From assembly GCF_009914755.1 (NCBI RefSeq), contig NC_060932.1: DNA of 64,000 nt. One strand, written 5' to 3'. Source of the stretch: the human T2T-CHM13v2.0 reference genome, Homo sapiens. A model generated the notes under the pieces. That model saw only the letters and a program-made list of their open reading frames with translations. It searched no databases and was not told where the DNA came from. Shown here in pieces: positions 14,581 through 28,527 of this stretch. Each line of letters starts with the position of its first letter. The stretch's first letter is position 1. Both the position numbers and the translations under genes were made by a program.

Positions 14581-15361
14581 TACAACATGAAATCAGCATT
14601 GAAATCGATTTTCTTTTCAGGTTTCAGGGCTGATTCAATTTTTGATTGAATACTAAATTCAGTTCTTGCAAATCTTTGTCTCACTTCTTTCATTTGGGTT
14701 GGAGGCTATGGCGGGAGATTCTGAAACTCTTTGAAGTGTATTTTTTAGATTATTTTTAAACTTACCAAAAAGTGACTTCATCATTTTACCCAAAGATTTA
14801 GAGGGTAATTTGCTTTGTCTTTGAAGTTTAATAGTTGTTTTTAGGATGTGTATCAGAACGTATCGTTTTGGGTTTATTCTCTCCACATTCACTGTGGGTC
14901 GTTTAACATCTACATTTAAGTCTTTACAATTCAACATTCTGCCCTAGAATTGTTTTTGTTTTTTTGTTTTTTTTTAATAATGTTAAGCATTAGTTCAATC
15001 TATTGCTTGGTTTTTCTTCTGCAGACATTACTGTGTTAGACCTTTTTCTGTATTTATTTCTATATCATTTTATCTGTAATTTTTAAACTTTTTTGCAAGT
15101 TTTTTTATACCTCTTTTCAATGCATCTCAGTACATTTTCAGTTGATTCTATTCCTCCCTAGATATTTGTAATTAGTGTTCATTTCCGATACAATTTTGTT
15201 CTTTTCCTCAAATTTTTCCAGGCTTAACTATCATCTTTTTCTATAGAGTGCTTTTGATGATACTTAACTCATGGTAGAGTGTTACGTTACAGTTTTCCTC
15301 TGCTTTATATCTGCATTGTGGTCCTTTGTAAAGGTTTCGTGCTTTTGCCAGAGCATTAAGT

Positions 15362-16216
<855 letters not shown>

Positions 16217-17419
16217 AGGTCCTTTTCCTTAGGGAGTGTGAATTTGGGTGACTTACAAGGTTTCTTAATTTAAAAGTACCCTTTTTTATTGTTGGAGAGT
16301 TTCATTCCTTTAATATATAGTCTTTTTGGACAGATAGGTTTTGTTGTTGTGTCTTGCTGTGATAATGCTTTAACTTCAGTAGGATTCTTCATTTTCATTG
16401 ACTGCTCCTTCTTTCCCTTCATGGATGAGTCTGAGAGTCATCTCACTCTTCTGGGATATCTTTCCAATAATGCCCTTCTGGTCTGCACACCTCCAAGCCT
16501 CCTCCTTTCTACCATCCAAGTGGCAATTCTCTCTTCCCCAGGTCTCACACTGTAGTCACTACTTCCCTCTGGGGATGGGGAGCAGGGAGACCTGTCTTTT
16601 CTATGGGTAATTTCTACTTGGTTTGCCAGGACTCCTACCTCTGTATGCTCTGCTCTGCCCTGTGCAGTCTCCACCGATTTTCTGCTTTTCACAGGCTCTT
16701 GAGCCAGCTGGGCTGGTCTTGATGTTCACTTCCCCACTTCCATGTAAACTGACATATGAGATAGTCTCTGTGTCCTTGTTACACAGTTGGCATGGATTTA
16801 TATCTCTGTATTTTGGGCTTTTCATACAGAGATTCAGAGTTTGAGGCTACAAAATTGAACTGTTGATTCTAATTTTATGTGCTCTTATGTATTTTTATCT
16901 TCAAAATCTGTCTACTTCTGAAAATACACATGAAAAAATTTCCCATTACTATTGTAATGGGATTGTGCATTTATCAGGTTCCCTTGTATTTCCAAAGCTG
17001 TCTGCATGGTGAATATTGTGTTGCTGATTATGACAACTCTCTTTTCTTTGGAGATGATAACATCTGTTGTTTTATGCCATTCACTGTCACCTTTAACAGC
17101 TTTGGCCTTGCATTGCATTTATCTGATGTTGCCATCACCATTTCATAAGATCACTTATGGTCTTCATTGTCCTGGTTGCTCTGACCACCGCTCCATTTCC
17201 AGTGCTTCTTACTTTATGTTACATGTGTCTTGTGAACATCATAGAGCTGCATTTTGCTTCCAAGCAAAATATGAGATTCTTTAATTTTGAAAGAAGAATT
17301 CAGTCCATAAATATTATGCATATTTGGCACAATAATTTCTACACTTGCTTTTGTTTCTACTGTACTATTTTGCCACTTTATTATCTTAGCTTTTGCTTCT
17401 TCAAATACATTTGTTCCCC

Positions 17420-18030
17420 CATCTTTATTGCCACACGTGGTCCAAATTATGTCAAATCTCAGCTACTTGATCTCCTCATTTTCACTCTTATCTTTCAATT
17501 CAGTTTACGTACAGCTGCCAAAATAATATTTTAAAAATTTAAACCAAATTATATCACTCCTCTGCTAAAACATTTTAATTACCACCAGGTGCAATTAGAA
17601 TAAGATTCACATTCTTATTGTGCAATGAGACTGCATGATCTGTCTCCTCATGTGGCTTTCCAATCTCCTTGTATTTTTCTTTTTTGCTATCACATTCTCA
17701 TCCATTGACACTAGCGTTTTTACTGTTTCTTAAAAGTGCTAAACTTGTCTAGGACTTTGGAACATTGCCTTTACTCATTTTGGAAGATCTCCCCCACTAA
17801 CTCTTCAACTGGCAAGCTCCTCTTAACCAGCAAGATCTCAGGTTAGATGTCTCCTTCCTTGACAATGTTGAAAAACACCTGGCCCTCATAATTCTCTATA
17901 GCATGGAATGATTTATTTCCTCTAGAGCAGTAGGCAATAAACAAATAAATGAAATAATTACAAATTGTCAGTTTACAGCTGCTAAAATATAAGTTTTATG
18001 AAGTCAGGGGTCATGTTTGTCTTTTTTTGC
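17420..18030 (+). mobile_element. LINE-2 fragment
   Basis: 'cagctgccaaaataatatttt...atcactcctctgctaaaac', 'caagatctcaggttagatgtc', 'aatataagttttatgaagtcaggg'. Confidence 0.7.
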
Positions 18031-18089
18031 ATGGTCCATCGAAACCACAGAGATCCTCTATCACTTTCTCGATTGGTTCTCTTCCCTCT

Positions 18090-18420
18090 CCTTTCACTGT
18101 GGTATCAAGATCAAGATCTTTAAGTGGCACATAACATCCTCCATGATCTTTTCTTATTGACCTCTCTAGTCTCATCTTTTAAACTCACTCTATTTTTTAA
18201 TGATCTAGGAATATCGCCTCAGTGTCAATTTCTCTCATGCTGTTGTATCTGCTTGAAATGACCTCCCCCACCTCTTCCCTTCTGCTTATCCTGTGTTGGC
18301 TAAATCCTATTTATGCTTCCACGATTAGCTTAGAACTTATCTCCTCTAGGAACCTTTCCTTAACCCCAGTCCTTCCTGGCTGAACTAAGGACTCACTTTT
18401 GAGCTCCCTTAAGTCCACAT
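18090..18420 (+). mobile_element. LINE-2 fragment
   Basis: 'tggctaaatcctatttatgcttcc...tctcctctaggaacctttccttaacccc'. Confidence 0.6.
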
Positions 18421-19275
18421 AAGCATTCCCAATGTTGATTGGTGCATGATAATAATATAATCTTATGTTCCCTCTTAGAAAATGTATGGTATGTGATAGA
18501 GAAGGGGTTTTAGGTTAAAAGGTTTCTTTTATTTTGGATCAGTATGATATTAAAGAATTTATTACAAAGTTCATTGAATAAAATCTTTAATGTATACTAC
18601 ATTGACACAAATATTGACTTTTCCCTCTTAATAAATTATCAATTTTTAAAATATAGCTCAAGTTAGTGAATAAAAATCATGCTTAGTCACTAACTAATCT
18701 AAATATATACTATTGTGTGTGGTTTGAAAATGAAATATATATTTTAGTGTAAAAAATTTTAACTGTATTCAAACCCTGATGCTTAAATTTTTATTTTGTT
18801 CTAAAAATAACTTGTGATTTGTTTCTAAATGAAAATCTCAAACAGGCTTTTTCAGGATACTCTTTGAAACAGTTCTCTTTTAATAGGGCACTGAAAAGGT
18901 GAATAGTTCTTGTTCAAAATAGATAAAAGGCTAGTTTGGTATAGTTTTACAATGTTAACTTGCTAAAAATTATGAAAACATTTTTATGTGCTACAGAAAA
19001 AAAGTTTGACAAGACAGATGCTTAAAACTCTAGTGAAGGTCAATTTGAATTACATTTTCAAACCTCCTTTTATATTTTTCTCCCTCACTAACATGTTATA
19101 CATCAATATCAATGTGTAAAAGGGGTATTTAAAAAGAAAAATTCTCAAATTTCTGAAGACCTCTGATTCTCTAAATTTACCAACTTCTAGTTACTTCAAC
19201 TGTAGATCAGAAGTGATGGGAAATTTTGTTTATGTTTGTTGAGTGTTGTATATGAGAATGATAACATAGTTATAC

Positions 19276-19699
19276 TGTGGTAGGCGGAATAATGATCTCC
19301 AGAGACATCCTTGTCCTTCCTAATATCTGGAACTTGTGCTAGAGCAAAAGTGAATTTGCAGATGTGATTAAGTTAAGGATCTGGGCATGGGGAGCGATGC
19401 TGGATTACCCAGATGAGTCCAATGTAATCACAGGAGGGCCAGAGTCAGAGAAAGACATGCAATGAGGAAAGCAGAGGCAGGAGTGATGTGAAGGGGCCAT
19501 AAGCCAAAGAATGCAAGTGGCCTCTGGGATCTGGAAAAGGCAAGGAAACAGATTCTCCCCTAAAGCCTTGAGAAGAAATGCAGTCTTGCTGACACCTTCA
19601 TGTTAGGATTGATGACTTTCAGAACTGCAAAATATTTGTGTTGTTTGAAGCCACCAAGTGTGTGGTAGTTTGTTACAGCAGCAAGAGGAACCTAGTACA
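19276..19699 (+). mobile_element. MaLR solo LTR (MLT1D-like)
   Basis: Starts tgtggtaggcggaataatg and contains 'ttgcagatgtgattaagttaaggat' and 'ggcaaggaaacagattctcccct'. Ends 'tttgttacagcagcaagaggaacctagtaca'. 5-bp TSD tatac/tagac. Confidence 0.9.
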
Positions 19700-20195
19700 T
19701 AGACATAGTTTAAGTTTACCTGTATAAAATGTCAAATAAGATGACAAAGAAGGATTTTAGCAAAAATGTGAAACATCTTTCTATATAGGAGGACTAGTAT
19801 ACGAAAATGGTGGGTGAGGAGACTCACAGACAAATGAATGAATGGCTCCTTATCTTATACTTGGTTGAGTGCCTGTGTCAAATCAAAGGGATGCAAGCCT
19901 CTAATAAGCCATCCTAGTATTCACAGAGGCTTCCACCTTGAAATTCCATGACAGACATCCCCATTCTCAGAATATCTGCCATTGAGTTCCTAGGTTTCCT
20001 CTCCATGTGCCCTATCATCTCCACTCTCCTTGTCTAAAATACGTTTTAAAAGATTTATGGATACTTCCCCTTTCTTCTCTTGGTTTCACTGTTATCTGGG
20101 TAAATAGATGTGTTTATGTACTGGGGGAACAGGGACAGCTATGGAATCAGGACGAAGTTCCTATCAAATAAGTATTCCTTTAGTAATTTGTGCTT

Positions 20196-20503
20196 TTTTT
20201 TCTTTTTTCTTTTTTTTGAGATGGAGTCTTGCTGTGTTGCCCAGGCTGGAGTGCAGTGGTGAGAACTCGGCTCACTGCAAGCTCCGCCTCCCGGGTTCAT
20301 GCCATTCTCCTGCCTCAGCCTCCCAGTAGCTGGGACTAAAGGCACCCGCCACCACGCCTGGCTTATTTTTGTGTGTGTGTTTTTTAGTAGAGACAGGGTT
20401 TCACCGTGTTAGCCAGGATGGTCTCGATCTCCTGACCTCATTATCTGCCTGCCTCAGCCTCCCAAAGTGCTGGGATTACAGGTGTGAGCCACCATGCCTG
20501 GCC
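20196..20503 (-). mobile_element. AluY
   Basis: 'gcaagctccgcctcccgggttcatgccattctcc' and 'gttagccaggatggtctcgatctcc'. TSD agtaatttgtgctt (20182-20195) / agtaatttgttctt (20504-20517). Confidence 0.97.
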
Positions 20504-20899
20504 AGTAATTTGTTCTTAACCTAAAGGTAGGCTGAACTGAGGAGACAGAGATCAGAGTCCGGGACAGCTGACATTCCTTGAATCTGCAGAGGAAGGCACT
20601 GGAAAACAGAGAGGTACTTATTTAGGAGGAACTCCACACATCTAAAGGGGGTCCTCATGAGTCCTTGACCAAGAGCTGGGCTTGATATATGCAAGCTGAG
20701 CCTTCTTAAGGCTTTCCAGAGAATAGAAGCTACAGGATTGAGAGTCAACCAGATCTATTAGCAGTCAAGTAGTGTTGGGGTCATTGGTGTGCCCAGATGG
20801 AAAGATGTTAAGGCTTTAACGTGGGATATCCAAAGAAGACATCAAAAAGGCTGCATCTTAGGAGTAAGGACCATGACTGAAAACAAGGGCTACTCTATA

Positions 20900-22860
20900 C
20901 CTACCCCCAAAGCTTGAAACCAAACACCAATAAGAAGCACAGAGTAGATAAAGTTTGGAGGTTGAGTTCTGCCAAGCAAAAATGGTTTAGGGTTTCCCAC
21001 AGAACCAAACCAAAACATATAAAATTAAGATTAAACAATTTAAAGGAAATCAGTGAAATTAGCCAATAATTAAACTGCCTACTACACACAGTTATCGGCT
21101 CTCCTTAGGAAAAAATTACAGAAACTAAAATATCTGAAATACATCCCCTTCATGTTTTCAAAACAATAATAAATTAATAGACATACAAAGAAACAGAAAA
21201 ACTTGGCCTATACTCAAGAAAAAAGCAATCAGTGGAAAATTAACCTAAGATTCTCTCAATGTTATATTTAGCAGAATAATATTTTAAGCGCTTATTATGT
21301 GTTCAAATGATTTTTAAATGTCCTCAAAAATTATAGTGTTAACAAGTGAATAGACAGAGAATTTAGCAAAGAAACTGAAACTCTAAGAAAGGAAATAAAT
21401 ATACTCTAGGACTAAAATTACAGTGGCAGTAAACAAAAAATTCTCTCAATATTCAGGACAAACTGGAAGTAGGACAAGCTTGCTGTAGAAAGATCAATAT
21501 GAATGAGGAAGTCTGAATAACAGGCAGAAAAAAAGACTGAAGAAAAGAAAAAGAATAGATACTCATGGAAATAAATGGCAGTATTAAATGACCTAGCACA
21601 AGTATAACTAGAATCCCAAAAAAAGAGTGAGAAATAGACAGAAAATATATTTGACATATAATTACCAGAATTTTCTCAAATTTGATGAAAATTATCAACT
21701 CATAGATTCAAGTAGTTTACTTAGTCCAAAATGGAATCAAACATTTTAGACTTAGGCATGTAATAGTCAAACAACTGAAAAAAGAAAAGAAAGATTACTT
21801 GAAAGCAGTCAGATGATGAAGGTGATGATGCATTACATACAGAAAAACAAACATAAAATTATAAATTATTTCTAATGAGAAGCCATGGGAGCCATAAAAT
21901 CATGGAACAACATGTAGAAAGCATTGAAAGAAAAAAAAGGTCAGCCTGGAATTCTATATCCAATAAAAACTCCCTACAAAATATGGATAAAATTTTTTAA
22001 AAATTCAGATGAACAAAAGCTAAGATAATTTGATCTCTTACAATGACTTATACTACACAATATGTAAAAGATTGTTAGACCTAAGGAAAATCAGAACAGA
22101 TGAAAACTTAAATATACAAGGTTTCACAAACAGCACTGGAAATGGAAAAAAAAAATGTATAAAAAGTTGACTTTTTCTTTGTAATTTCATTATAAGATCA
22201 TTGTCATTTAAAACAAAAAGAGTATCATTTAAAGAAGGGTTATAATACATGTAAAAGTTAAAGAAAAATGAAAATAATAGCACAAAGGATAAAGAAATAT
22301 GTAAAAATTGAACATTTTTTACAGTCTGAGAAAAAAGAACTGCTATGAATAAAGAAGGATATTTCAAAATAATAAGAAGATCATTCTTCAAGAAGATATA
22401 ACAATCATCAATGTATGTGCTACTAATAACAAAGATCAAAAATTCATAAAGCAAAACTGACTAAAGTAATGAAACAGTGAAATCTATAAACAGTGATAAA
22501 TATTTCAAAATCGCTCTCTCAATAATTTATAGAACAAAAATAAAGATTAGGAGAACCTGAATAGCACTATCAAAACAGATTGACCTCATTGGCATTTATA
22601 AAATGTGACATCTGACAATTTCATAAGATCCATCCCTTTGAAATATGGGAAATGAAGGATATATTCATACAATGAAATTCTACACAATAATTAAAAGCAA
22701 TTACTGACACATACAATAACACAGGAGATTCTCATAACCATTATTTTGGTGGTTATGAGAAAAGAAGCCAGTGCATACGTTTGTTAAATTTTAATGAACC
22801 ATACATTTAAAATGGATGCATTTTATTCTACCTAAGTAATACCTCAATATTCATTAAAAA
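20900..22860 (+). mobile_element. Ancient L1 (L1MD/L1ME-like): ORF1 region and ORF2 start joined to a 3' end
   Basis: A-rich ORF1-like sequence 'gaattttctcaaatttgatgaaaattatcaact' and 'cctggaattctatatcca'. Endonuclease-like 'gaagatataacaatcatcaatgtatgtgc'. The 3' UTR 'gatatattcatacaatgaaattctac...catttaaaatggatgcattttatt...atacctcaat' follows. Confidence 0.75.
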
Positions 22861-22971
22861 TACATCTAACAATGAAGAAACACAGCTTAAGACTATATGA
22901 TGGTCAAAACCTACCTTAAATGGAGTGGTTAAAAAAAACCCAAATGATTGAATCAAGAGCACATCATGTAC

Positions 22972-23051
22972 CTTTTATGAATATCTGTCAAAGTTGACTT
23001 TTATGAATATCTGTCAAAGTTGACTTTTATGAATATCTGCCCAAGTTGACT
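22972..23051. repeat. 26-bp tandem repeat, three copies
   Basis: cttttatgaatatctgtcaaagttga twice identically, then a third copy with 2 mismatches. Confidence 0.97.
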
Positions 23052-23269
23052 GTATCCTCATAGACACTGTTGAACAACACTTTTTTAAAGTTAAAAATAA
23101 TTATATCATTTATTGCTTGCTTTCTCAAAAATAGAAATATCATGATAGCCCTAACTCCCATAAATACTTCATAAACCTTAAGGAAATTGTCAACCACTAT
23201 TTAGGAAATCCTGCCTTTTGCATATTTTTTATTATGTAGATCATACTGCATCATAATCATCTTAAAATG

Positions 23270-23410
23270 TGCTGCTTTCCCCTAGTAGACTATGAACATA
23301 GTGATATTAGCTACTACATTTCATTAATCTTGTGATTTTAGGAACTTGCATAGAGCCTGACACAAAAATCAGTGCTGAAAGATACATTTGTTGAATAAAT
23401 CCATCAATCA
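23270..23410 (+). mobile_element. LINE-2 3' end
   Basis: 'ctagtagactatgaac...catagagcctgacaca...catttgttgaataaat'. Confidence 0.65.
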
Positions 23411-25129
23411 GAAGAAGAACAAAAAAACCTAAAAAACTATTTTGATCAAAGTCATATCTTGGGTGTGAATTTTGTTTCTTCTAATATTTTTGGATATTGC
23501 AGCATTAATTCTTAATTTAAATAATAAATTGAATAATTTAAATTTTTAAAAGAAAAACATGAGCAGAAAACAATATAATTTTTAAAAAAATTTTAGGAAA
23601 GAAAAACAAAATAGAAATGTTTTGAAAACAAATGGCTATTTGTAAGGAATGTCTGAGAGCTTTTAAGCATCAACCATCAACATATTGGTAGCAGGTGGCC
23701 ACCAACGGAAAGCTACTTTTAAAAGGAAATTGTTCTTATCATTTTATACCATCAGAGATTTTATCCTGTGGTTTTTCTTTATAAGGAAACATTGGCAAAA
23801 CTTGCAATAGAATAATGAGAGATTATGTGGGAAACTAGGGAAAATATGTAGAAATTTTCAATTATTTTTTATTAACCAGAGGATTATTCCTATTCTCTGT
23901 AGCATATATTGATTTAAAAAAACAATAATACTAATTAGTATCAATCCTCCTTTCTGTACTGCCTATGCTTTTGTTGGAAAAAGATGGTCTTTAATCCTTC
24001 CCATACCTCCAAACACCATACGTATCAAATGAAAATATTTTTGTCCGGCATGTGTATCTTTCATGGTCACAGAAATCATGGCATTTTTACTATAAAAAGA
24101 GAGATTAGAAGCATATTCTGCCTCCTCCCCAAATTTACATAAATTGAATCTAGAGATTAATTTGGCTTGAGAAATATTTGAGAATAACTGGTTTCATTTT
24201 ATTTTTACGTGTTTAACGTGATTTATTTTTCCTAACATGAAATTTTTAAAACTACATCTTAAAATAAGTGCATAGATTTTGAATGGCCTTTTTAGAGACT
24301 AGCTAAAAGAGATTTTGCAAAGCTCCCTTCTGTTTATGGATCTGATCTAAACGGAAATGGGACTGGCTTTCTCTTTGAATACCAGAAGGAGCCATTAGCC
24401 TCTCTGGGCCAGGAGAAAGAAAGCATTCTTGCTGTTGTTCTTCCCTTCCTCTTTCAATTCCATCCCCAATTCCACCCCAAAAGCCAGATCCAGGAGTGAA
24501 CACCATTTGACCCGCCATAGTGTGGGCCACATTGGTTCCCAAAGAGTGGAGGGGTACATTTCACCTCAAAGGTAACATTATTGCCCCTACTGGCAAAGCA
24601 TAACAAAGCCAGAAGGTCCTCTGGAAGAAAAACTATAGTTACTCATCAGCCAGCTGCTAAGTTGGTCCTTTAAGTATGATGCTAATTCATTCACTGCTTT
24701 TTCATGCCTATTTCTTTATTTTTCTTTGACTAGATTGCATAATAATTTCTGTCTGTTGAAGTCCTTCTAATTCTTCAATGTCCAGCTCAATGAAAATTTA
24801 CTGAAAATAATATTTAACACATTTATAAAGGACATATAGCTTTGATCAAATAAATGCTTAGGTTGCAAATCAATATATGAAATATTAAAAAGAAAACCTA
24901 TGGAGACCATCGTGTCTGATTTGGCTTTCCGTTTTCTGAAGTCTGCAGACAATCCATATTAATATTCATTACCTAAGGAAAAAGTCTTGCTAATTGCAGC
25001 CAGAGACTTTTCTTTTATTTAGCAACACAAAGATAAAAGCAAACCAATGAAATCCTTGCCAGACACCATTAGTGTGAATTAATCTCGTGTTCTCCTGTGA
25101 CTCTCAACTGGCTTAGAGCAGTTCAAAAA

Positions 25130-25920
25130 TTTAATTATACAAATATTGATTGAGGACCTGTTAAGTATAAAAGAACATGATATGGGCTACACATGAATAA
25201 GATATGAGTTCACCGGTCAAGAAGTTTACAGAGAAAGAAACAATGAATACCCCCAAGGGGGTGCTGTAAATATTAACAAAAGTCAGGGAAATGGAGGAAG
25301 AAATTTACAAATCATGATCTGTGGGGGTGGAAAGGCATCCTAAGCAGAAAGGAAGGAGAGAATTGAGAAGCAGGGTGCTGGGAGGACAGAGAATTATCTA
25401 CTGTGACAATAGCTCTTGTGTAACTAAAAATTGCCTGAAGAGTGAGTTAAAAATGTGTATTCAAAGGCTGCCTTTCTGGAAAGTCTGTTCAGCAGGACTG
25501 GAATGGGGTCAAGGGCATGCATCTCAGGTGAATCTGATATTGGTGACCTGTAGGCAACCCAGCGAGACATCATGGCCCAAACACAGACGATAGGGACATG
25601 AAATGAAGTTGAGACTGAAAATCTGCTGAGGATGAAATCGTGAAGGGATTTGAATGTCCTGGGAAGAAAAATTCAGTTGAAGACCATTGAAGATTTTAAG
25701 AAGGAAAACTGAGATTGGGGTTTGGAAATCTGACTTTGGTAATGATGAAGATGATGAATTGCAGAGTCTGAAGACTTAGAGGAGACAAGTGCAGACACTT
25801 TTGCAATAGAAAGAAGGTTAGCAACAGGTGACATCAGTGAGGAAAGAGCAGAGGGGTAAGACAGGCAATGCCAACAGGACTTTGAGCAAATATGGTTTAG
25901 GGAACTCAAGGGCTACATGC
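25130..25920 (-). mobile_element. LINE-2 fragments, possibly with a MER5-type DNA element at about 25420-25590
   Basis: 'caaatattgattgaggacctg' is an antisense L2 3' end; also 'gaagggatttgaatgtc...ccattgaagaattttaag'. MER5-like 'ttcagcaggactggaatggggtcaagg...ctcaggtgaatctgat'. Confidence 0.6.
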
Positions 25921-27579
25921 CTGAGTCAACAACTGGACCTGTTACTCCAATAACACATCCCTCAGGTGGGTTGGTTCAGTAGTCCACATTCTCCTGATTC
26001 AAGCTGTACCTGCCCCTAATTATGTCCTCACCTTTTCGAATTATAATACCTGGTTGCTTTCAACAGTTTTCTGTAACCCTGATATATGTTCTTTTATCAC
26101 TTGAATGTATTCAACTTAATCACTTACTGCCTGATTGAATTCTGCATTCCTTTCATATTATTCTCTACCTATTATTCTATAAACACGATTATCATTTCAT
26201 TAAAACTCAGATTCTTCTTTCATGGTTGCCTGGGTCTTCAGCTATAACACTAAGTGATAACAGTATTTTGTTTTAAGATTGGATACATTTTTGAGGAATA
26301 GACAGGGAGCAGAGATGGTTTAATGTTATCCTATTGATGAGAATATTGAGGCACAAAGAGGAGAAACAGCTTAACTAGAGTTAGCTCACTTTAGTAGTCA
26401 ATAGAGCTCCTCTCAATTATCCTGGTATTTCATGCTCAAAGTCTCAACATTATACAATTTTGGCTCTTTTTAAAAAGAAGATTAGTGAATATTTGTATAT
26501 GAAGATTTAAAAAAATCTAAATAGCAATATGAATTGATCACAGAATATTAAAGATTATGAAAAAGCAACTTTAGAGAATTCTTGATGCTTACCAAGCAGG
26601 TCTATCAAAGAAAGAATTTCACTGTTAAGTTTAGTTCAATTTTAGCGGCATCTCTTGCATTTAAACAAACAAACCTGCCATTTAGAAAGTAAAAGACATG
26701 GCCAATTTTCAGTCCATTTTCTGTCTTTTAAATTCCTCAGGAAAAATAGCCGACATTATTCTACTCTGTCTCATCAACAGCATTAGACCAGAAGGGAACT
26801 TAGATTTATGGGATGATTTCATGTTTAGTGTATCTCAAAGTAGAACACAAAAAGTAATAAATTCAGTAGAAATTATACTTAATGTTGACCAAAGTAATCT
26901 TGGTTCTGCTAGAAAGAGCAACGAGCAAGAACAGTTTCTTCCTTGAAGGATTTTACATTTTATAGAGCTCTAGTTATTTGCTCTTAATCTGATAAATTTA
27001 TATCATTGTGGAAAGTTGAGACTCGTAATACTTAGTAACTTTTTGTTCATTCAAAGAGGTTATGTGGACCTGGTAAATTACATCAGTTTGCATGACACAT
27101 TGAGTAAATCCAGTATTTATTATTCTAATAAACATTTATTTCACGTTATATATATTTATTTCTCTACAATTATATGTGTATGAAAAAATCTTTAACATGT
27201 GTATTGGTGGAATGAAGCAATTGTTGCATGAAGCAATTGTTGCATGCACTATTACCTAACAGCAGCTGGTAAATTATCAAGATGCCACCCTGGCTGTATG
27301 TATGTGAAACACATGTAGGTAACCTTGAAACAAATGGGAATAGGTGCACTCTTAAGAGTTTCATAAATAAAGTAGGGGCAGGCAGTCAAGACAGGAAAGG
27401 ATGTTCACAAATTGGCAAAGTTTTGTCACTGTTAAAAATGCAGAATAGACTTTGAGATGTTCAGGGCAGTTATTATATAGTTGTAGATATTAGTGTATTG
27501 ATTTACAATTAGCCCAAGTCTACCAATTTTTGACCACCCAATCGTGGCCTCTCTTACACAATTATAGTCCACAGAGAAC

Positions 27580-27770
27580 ACTTTGCTGTGTGCTGAATGA
27601 TTTCACAAGTTTAGATGACGATCCCATGAATCAGATATTACCATCAGTCCTTCTCATATGAGGAGTTTGAGGCCCAGAGAGATTAACAGATACAATTAAG
27701 AAACCACAGTTCGTAAGCAGTGGACTTAGACTGGAGCCTGGGCTTCTGACACCTGTGCTCCTTCCGAAGA
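27580..27770 (-). mobile_element. MIR SINE
   Basis: 'atatgaggagtttgaggcccagagagattaa...ggagcctgggcttctgac'. Confidence 0.65.
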
Positions 27771-27814
27771 CCTTGTTTCTCATGAATGCTCTTTAAATAT
27801 TTTGACTTACCTAC

Positions 27815-28527
<713 letters not shown>

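Noticed and set aside
22972-23051. CRISPR-like array
   Set aside because: The repeats are head-to-tail without spacers, there are no cas genes, and the context is primate DNA.
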